From the NCBI RefSeq assembly GCF_009914755.1, contig NC_060947.1: DNA of 64,000 bases, one strand, 5' to 3'. Positions 56,305-64,000 of this stretch are shown here, one piece after another. Within the stretch, counting starts at the first letter, position 1, and every line of letters begins with the position of its first letter. The notes under the pieces are model-generated. The model was not told where the DNA came from and ran no database searches. It was given only the letters and a program-made list of their open reading frames with translations. The translations under genes and the position numbers were made by a program. Source of the DNA: the human T2T-CHM13v2.0 reference genome, Homo sapiens.

Positions 56305-56530
56305 AGGCATTATTGCATGATGGTTAAGAGCATGGTCTTGAATTAGAAGATATGGGATTGAATATTGACTGTTATTTAACAACCATATGACTTTGGGCAA
56401 GTCACTTAACTCTTAATCTCTCTGAGCCTCAGTTTCCTTATCTGTAAAACGTGAAAACTAAATTCTTACCTCATTAGGTTATGGTAGAGATTGAGTTAAT
56501 GCATATGAAAGTTGATGGCACATACCAAAC
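56305..56530 (+). mobile_element. MIR
   Basis: tggttaagagcatgg...tgactttgggcaagtcacttaac..tctctgagcctcagtttccttatctgtaaaa. Confidence 0.85.
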
Positions 56531-56534
56531 TGTG

Positions 56535-56955
56535 CTTGACATTCCTTATTTTTTCTCTACATCTACTCTATATCATTCTCTGACCCTCTTTGTGTCCTGG
56601 AAAGCACCCACATGGACTATATCAATTGGCTCCCTTGCCCTCTGGCTGCTAACTGGGTTCGGCCAATGTGGGCACCATCAGGAAATCAGAGGGGGAGATG
56701 ACATAGAGTGTTTAGGTTATTTATTTTTCCATTTTCCTCCCTACTGGGGTGCAGTTTGTCAGTGACTGTGTTCCTCTACCCTAGTCCACAATTGCTGTCA
56801 GGCAGTCATTTTTCCTTGGCTCTAGCTTTCTCCTTTACTGAGTGCTTTACTGGTTGATATCACGACAGCCCACAGAAACCCTTGGATTAAATTCTCTTCA
56901 ATTACTCCTTTTGACTATACCATCTGTTTTCCCATTGAAGCCCTACCTGTTCATA
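56535..56955 (-). mobile_element. LTR33-like ERVL LTR
   Basis: ggctcccttgccctctggct..gggttcggccaatg.gggcacc..caggaaatcagaggg; ends catctgttttcc. Confidence 0.7.
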
Positions 56956-57249
56956 TGGGTGCTCATGAATTGTTCTTTCGGTGTACTTTTCAAAGCAAAA
57001 ACAGTTAATGTGGCCATTATATGGCATTTTCAAGGTGAAATGGATGGAGGTTGACATCATCATGGTAGAAGTAAGAGTTAAGGTCTCACATGAGTCAGGG
57101 AATAAGAGTTGGAACAGTTAGTAGTTACCATAAGCATCACGTGCTGAGTAAGTACCAAGGAACACCTAAGTATAAGAGAGACAAATTGCAGTTCAAAGTC
57201 ATGATTAGTTTATATTTCAAAGTCAACTGGAATAAAAGTGGATATAAAG

Positions 57250-57500
57250 AAGTATAATGTATTGGCCAAAAGCATTAACTTGAAACCAGATGATTTACAT
57301 TGGAATCTTGGCTGTACCCCTAAAAACTGTGTGATCTTGGATAAGTTGCATAACGCTGCTGTGCATGGGTTTCATAATCTATAAAATGGGAGAAAATATT
57401 AGTACCTACATCACAGAGTCAAAGTGAGGATTCAATGAATGTAAAGTACCTAGAAGAGTTCTTAACACCTGATAAGTACGGTATATATGTTTACTAAAAT
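57250..57500 (+). mobile_element. MIR
   Basis: ctgtgtgatcttggataagtt...tctataaaatggg..agtacctac.tcacagag..gtgaggatt. Confidence 0.75.
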
Positions 57501-58900
57501 AATTGGAAGTCATATGGTCGAGGATTATTTTGGAGTAGATCACTGGCAGAGGATGAAATCCTACTATGGATAAAAAGCCCTTGTTTGAGTGTGTCCGCTC
57601 CTATAGATGTAGTACCATAGCTCTGGAGTTTGGTTGGGTCCATAATGACTGCATTGACCCTGAAAAAGAGAACCTTTGGGTCTTCCCAGGTGGCTCCTTG
57701 ACCAAGGCTTTATGATATATGTTTATATGGTGGCAAATGTTAGGCCTCTGGAAGTCCTAACAGATTTGGCAGAGGGTTTTATAGAAACTATATGTCCACC
57801 AAGAGAGACTTTGTGACAGAGAGTACTTGAACACAAGTGCTTCCAGCAAGAATGTATGGATGACATAGTGTCCCTCCTTGGTGCAGTCAGAGGAATGCAG
57901 AGAAGTCAGTGAACGATCTCTTGGCATTGGAGGCAGGGGAGTGTCTTTTCTGAAGCTGTTGGAAAAAATGTACACTCTATATTTTGTTCCATGGCCCTTT
58001 ATAAGCCATGTAGATAAGGGAGGAGGCATTATTAACCATTTATAAACAAGAAAACTGAGGCCTATAGTGACACATCTTGGAAGTGGAGGAACTAAGAAAC
58101 TGAACCAGATTTGTCTGACTCTTTGTCCAGTTTTCTTTGGACCCCATGATGCTGTGCACTTCTCTAACAGGGTTTCTATGATATGATTTTCTGTGTATAC
58201 AGAAAAAGTCAAAGGCAGAGAAGATAGCACTAGTATAACATATACCAAGGCAAAAGAGCATGAAACACTAAGCTTTTCAATGACTGGATAAATGAATTCA
58301 GAATGCAGAAAGAGAGGAAACTATGTACATCTAACGCTTCAATAAAAAAGTGCAGAAAGACCAGACAGATTCCATCAACAACACTGGAAGCAGTTTGATT
58401 ATAGTTTGAAATAACTGAAGATGAAACTGATGAGTATGGTGAGTTGGGGAGAATTGCTGTTTCTTTTTTCTGGAAAGTGCACAAAGGTCATTGCGACATC
58501 ATTATAGGACAGAAGTTCTCTCATCACCAGTAACACTTTGGCACATAGACTAACTTTTTATTGAAAGAATAGAGCCTAGGAACCTAATGCTAAGATGTTG
58601 GGCAAGTTTACATTTCTGAAGTGTGGCATGGTTAAGGTGGTGGGGCAACCCACTGCAGGATGGCTTACAGGTAGTGTTTTTGCATGGCTGAGTCTGTAGA
58701 TAGGAAGATTCTATTGGATTCTACCCCCTTGGCCCTTGCCTCTTTTATCAGAACATAGTTGGATTGGCAATCTGAAAAACTTATTGAAAGTCTTGTTAGG
58801 TATAACTAACAAGTTCCTATGCATGGCTTTCAGAATTGCGATGACATTCTAGACTACTTTATCATTATCATCTTTTATCTGTTGTAACATTATAAATTCC
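57500..58900 (+). mobile_element. Ancient non-LTR retrotransposon RT fossil (L4/RTE-X-like), interrupted by an antisense MIR at about 58000-58125
   Basis: Collinear decayed RT motifs: CIDPEK..LW (57650), RQGSVFS (57931), PHDAVHFS similar to ADDAVLLS (58142), SITYTKAK similar to SIN..KTK (58232), SLK*L similar to SFKYL (58403). Confidence 0.55.
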
Positions 58901-58977
58901 GTGTCACAAGAACTCATCATATTTTATGGATTTTAGTGGCATATCCATTCATCATTCAACAAATATGGATTATACCC

Positions 58978-59331
58978 TAAGGAAGACCAGAATAAACTGC
59001 TCCAAAGTTTGAAAGATTGTTAAGCTGAAGCCAATTAAGAAGTTCTCTGCCTTCCCTTTATTTGTCTAAAAGCAGGACATAGATTTACAAAGATGAAAGG
59101 TATTATGCCCCCATCTCCCTACCCCACCTTCTACCAGGGAGAACAAAGGTTCACCAATGAAGACAACTTTGGAACTGTATTGGCCTGGAGATGGTACCAG
59201 AAGAACCTACATTAACAAACATTAGTAACTAGTCTTTATCTGCCATTTATTTGCCTTCCTCCAAGTTGCCACCTGTAGAAACTCAGTCTTTTTCCTTTGT
59301 CTTGTTACTTTTCTAAAAATGTGCTGTTCCT
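58978..59331 (+). mobile_element. MER34-family ERV1 LTR, truncated here by the L1 insertion
   Basis: aaggaagaccagaata...agctgaagccaattaagaag..ctctgccttccct..aaaagcaggacatagatttacaaag. Confidence 0.75.
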
Positions 59332-60420
59332 GCGGGCAGAGGCAAGATGGCCAAATGGACACAGCCAGGAAATGTGTCTCCCACTGAGAGAAACCAAAAT
59401 ATTGAGTAAACCATGACACTTCAAACAGATCTTTTGAGAGAAAACACTGAAATCCAATAAAGAGTCAATGCAGACACTGAGGTTGAAGACGGAGGAAGCT
59501 GGAAAGCATGCATGGAGTTGTCAAGTGCCAGGACTAGCATGAATGGGTCCTAAGAAAAGGAGGAGTGAAGGAACTCTGGGGCACCACACTCCTGTTGCAG
59601 ACCTCTGGGATCCCAGCAACAAGAGATCCTATGATCTTCATTGACATTTGAATTGACAGGGGGAGCTGCCTGGAGAGTAGACAGAGGCAGCACTCAAACC
59701 TGTGTGGAGCGCAGATTGGGTTGCTCATGGGGCAGGTGCAGCAAAACACGACAGTAGGTATCCATCCGCCAAGGCTCTCCATTTTTCTCTGAGTGACTCT
59801 AGCCCATGCTGAGTGCTGGGCCAGGAGACAGTAGAGCTGCCTTTTCTTTGGGACTGAGGCACAGCTGATCTGCATGCTCCCTTGTCTGCTGGCCTCTCCC
59901 AAGGCCCCTACCAGGCTGCTTCTGAGAGGGTGCACACAGTACAGCCTCCACTGCACCATCTGAGGCCAGCAGCCTGGGGGCAGTTTGCCTGTCCCCCAGC
60001 AGAGCCAGTGCTCAAAACTGTGGGGACAGAGAACAAAGCTACAGGCCCATTTCTAATCTCCCAGTGTTAGAGCACAAAACTCAGGAATATCGAGCTGAGA
60101 TTGTGGCGAGAGCTCAAGCACAGGAGGAGTCCCCACTCTCAGAACACTGAGAAGAGTGAGCTGTGATTTCGTGTGCTGATGTGGGTGCTGGGCATCCCTC
60201 CCTCCATAACACAGGTCCAGGAAGGGTGTAGCCTATTGGCCAGGCACAGCTTCTGCTTTAGAGAGCCCATGGCCTGGGACAGATGAAAAAGCCCAGCAAT
60301 CTGGGCATGGAAGGCTAGGGAAAAAACCTAGCTGGTTGGGCCTGCTTCTGGAGCAGACACCAGAGGGAGATCCAATTGGGTGAGTGCAAGCTGTGTGGTC
60401 TGCACAGTCATCTTCTGGGG

Positions 60421-60470
60421 AAACAACAACGATGACGACGACAACAACAACAACAACAACAACAAAAACA
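60421..60470. repeat. (ACA)n/(ACG)n microsatellite within the L1 5'UTR
   Basis: aacaacaacgatgacgacgacaacaacaacaacaacaacaacaa. Confidence 0.9.
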
Positions 60471-61159
60471 GGCCAATGTTCTGCCTGGGGATCCTCTGCC
60501 CTTGACCCTCTGCATCACCAGACCACCTACAGACATACCACACAACCCACTTTGACTCCGCCAAGCTCAGAGGATCAGTGGGTACCTGGGGAGTTGAAGG
60601 TATCCTGGTAACCTAACCTTCAGCTTGGGTTGCCCCTAAAGTGGGGATAGTGCAACCTACCAGGGTACCCTTTGGGGCTAAGGAAATGTCAGCGCAATAT
60701 CAGTGATTGTAGGGTGTTCCCCCAATGCCCAGGAACAGACTTGGTGAGAGTTTATCTCTTGCCACCTTCCTCCAAGTCTCCCCCTCTCCAGAGTACTGCT
60801 GTGGACACATTGAAATAAAAAAAGAGATGCACAGCTGAGTAGTAGCCTATCTGAAGGCACTTACTCTTAAGTGCCATCTACTGGATTACAGGCCAAATTA
60901 CACTACCAACAAAAACAGATTAATTCAATATACATCCCCTGTGAAACCCAATGCAGGAAACTAAGAAACCTGTACAGAGCCTTGGTCCTCTGAAAGCACC
61001 CAGAAACAAAGACAAGTGACTAAAGACAACATACACCACAGTGAAATCCTCAAGGAAAAAAAAAAAGAATGTAAAAGCGAAAATCTTCATCCAAATGAAA
61101 GCAACTTCAGAAAGATAAAGAAACTCTAGCCCTTTCAGATGACAAGGAACCAGTGCAAG

Positions 61160-61710
61160 TGCCAGAGGCATTTGAACCAGAGCAACTCCATCTTGAATAA
61201 GGGCTGGGTAAAATAAGGTTAAGGCCTGCTGGGTTGCATTCTTGGATGGTTAGGCATTTTAAGTCACAGGATGAGATAGGAGGTCAACACAAGATACAGG
61301 TCGTAAAGACCTTGCTGATAAAACACGTTGCAGTAAAGAAGCTGGCTAAAACCCACCAAAACCAAGATGGTGATGAGAGTGACCTCTGGTCATCCTCACT
61401 GCTACACTTCCACCAGCGCCATGACAGTATACAAAGGCCATGGCAACATCAGGAAGTTACCCTATATGGTCTAAAAGGGGAGGCATGAATAATCCACTCC
61501 CCCCTTTTTTAGCGTATAATGAAGAAATAACCACAAAAATGGGCAACCAGCAGCCCTCAGGGCTGATCTGCCTATGGAGTAACCATTCTTTTGTTTCTTC
61601 TCTAATATACTTGCTTTCACTTTACTCTGTGGACTCGACCTGAGTTCTTTCTTGTGCAAGATCCAAGAACCCTCTCTTGGGGTCTGAATTGGGACCCCTT
61701 TCTGGTAACA
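61160..61710 (+). mobile_element. MER41A ERV1 solo LTR inserted near the start of L1 ORF1
   Basis: tgccagaggcatttgaaccagagcaactccatcttgaata...ccaagatgg..gagagtgacctctggtc...tctggtaaca; 4-bp TSD CAAG/CAAA. Confidence 0.92.
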
Positions 61711-61946
61711 CAAAAACTCTAACAATTCAAAAAGTCAGAGTGTTTCTTTATCTCCAAAGGATTTAACTAGCTCCTAGCAATGGATCCTAAACAAATTGAA
61801 ATGTTTGAAAAGACAGACATAGAATTCAGAATCTGGATGGCAAGGAAACTGAACAAGATTCAAGAGAAAGTTGAAGTTCAATACAAGGAAACCAGTAAAA
61901 TGATCCAGCAGTTGAAAGATGATATAGCCATTTTAAGAAAAAAACA

Positions 61947-62364
<418 letters not shown>

Positions 62365-64000
62365 TTAAGATCAGTCTGAATCAACCCAGTCAGACAAAAA
62401 TAAAGAAAAAATAATTCATAAAAATAAACAAAACTTCTGAGAAATATGGGCTTATGTAAAGAGATAAAACCTGTGACTTACTGATATTCCTGAGAGAGAA
62501 AGAGAGACAGTAAGCAACTTGGAAAGCATATTTGAGGATATAGGCCACATCGATTTTCCCAATATAGGTAGAGGTTGACATGCAAAGTCAAGAAATTCAG
62601 AGAACCCATGTGAGATACTGTACCAGACAACCATCCCTAAACCACATAGTAATCAGACATTCTAAGGTTAATGTGAAAGAAAAATAAAAGAGACAGCTCA
62701 GAAAAGGGTCAGGTCACTCACAAAGGGCAGCCCATCTGGCTAACAGTGGACTTCTTAGCAGAAACCTTATAAGCCAGGAGAGATTGGGGGCCTATTTTCA
62801 ACATCCTTAAAGGAAAGAAATTCCAACCAACAATTTCATATCCCACCAATATAAGCTTCATAAGCAAAGGAGAAATAAAATATTTTTCAGAATAGCAAAC
62901 ACTAAGGGAAATCATTACCCTAGACCAGCCTCACAAGAAACCTTTAAGGGACTTTTACACAGGGAAATGAAAGAATGATACCTGCTTCAACAGAAACACA
63001 CTTAAGTACCTAGCCCACAGATCCTATAAAGCAACTAAACAATCAAGACTACAAAGGAACCAGCTAACAACATCATGATAGTATCAAAAGCTCACATATC
63101 AATATTTACCTTGGATGTAAATGGTCTAAACACCCCACTGAAAAGGCACAGAGTGGCAAATTGAAAACAAACAAACAAACAAACACAAGACCCAAATGTC
63201 TCCTGTTTTCAAGAGACCAATTTCACATGTAAAGACATTCATGGGCTCAAAGTAAAGGGATGGAAAAATCTAGCATGCTAATGGAAAACCAAAAAAGAGC
63301 AGAGATTTGTATTTTTATATTAGATAAAACACTTTAAACCAATAACAGTCAAAAAAGGACAAAGAAAGGCATTATAGAATGATAAAGGCTTGAATTCAAC
63401 AAGAATAATTAACTATCCTAAATATATATGCACCAAATATTGGAGCATGCAGATTCATAAAACAAATACTTCTAGACCCGTGAAAAGACTTAGCCACTCA
63501 ATAACAGCGGAGGACTTCAATACCCCAGTGACAGGGTTAGACTACTAACCAGGTTAGAAAACTAACAAAGTAATTCTGGACTTAAATTTGACACTTGAAC
63601 AATTGAACCTAATAGAATACTCCACTCAACATCCACAGAATACACATTCCTCTAACTTGCACACAGAACATCCTCTAAGATTGACCACGTTCTTGTCCAT
63701 AAAGCATGTATCAATAAATTTAAAAATTCAAAATTATACCAAGCATAATCTCAGACCACAGCGGAATAAAAATAGAAATCAATACAAGAAGATCTCTCAA
63801 AACCACACAATGACATGAAAATTAAACAGCTTCCTCCTGAAATAAATTGGGGTAAACAATAACATTAAGGGTGAAATTTAAAAATTATTTGAAACAAATT
63901 AAAACAGAGACACAACATACCAAAATCTCTGGGGTGCAGCTTAAGTAGTGTTAACAGGAAAAATTATATTGCTAAATGACTACATCGAGAAGTTAGAAAG

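Noticed and set aside
57757-58248. 163-aa minus-strand ORF, the longest non-L1 ORF
   Set aside because: Crosses a MIR and is antisense to the decayed RT fossil; no recognisable protein.
60328-60611. Poly-Thr / poly-Leu ORFs
   Set aside because: Produced by the (ACA)n microsatellite in an L1 5'UTR.

Overview
Primate (most likely human) non-coding DNA, intergenic or deep intronic, dominated by interspersed repeats. I see no credible cellular protein-coding exon, tRNA, rRNA, CRISPR array or CpG island. Main elements: a full-length but dead L1PA6/7-type LINE-1 (5427-11576, 11-bp TSD, ORF0/ORF1/ORF2 remnants, two endonuclease catalytic residues mutated); an older L1 running off the right end (59332-64000) nested in a MER34-family LTR and interrupted by MER41A and an Alu; about 13 Alus or Alu fragments; many MaLR/ERV solo LTRs, hAT/Tigger MITEs, MIRs and L2 fragments. 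Less ordinary signals: a heavily decayed reverse-transcriptase fossil of RTE-X/L4 type (about 57500-58900); several inverted-repeat or hairpin structures in otherwise unique sequence (26406-26490, 46824-46874, 17622-17806, 11657-11855, 19470-19573); enhancer-like motif clusters; candidate + strand splice signals; and TSD-less ultra-short L1/Alu insertions. Repeat subfamily names come from my recall of consensus sequences, and old-repeat boundaries are approximate. I found no convincing novel multi-gene system.
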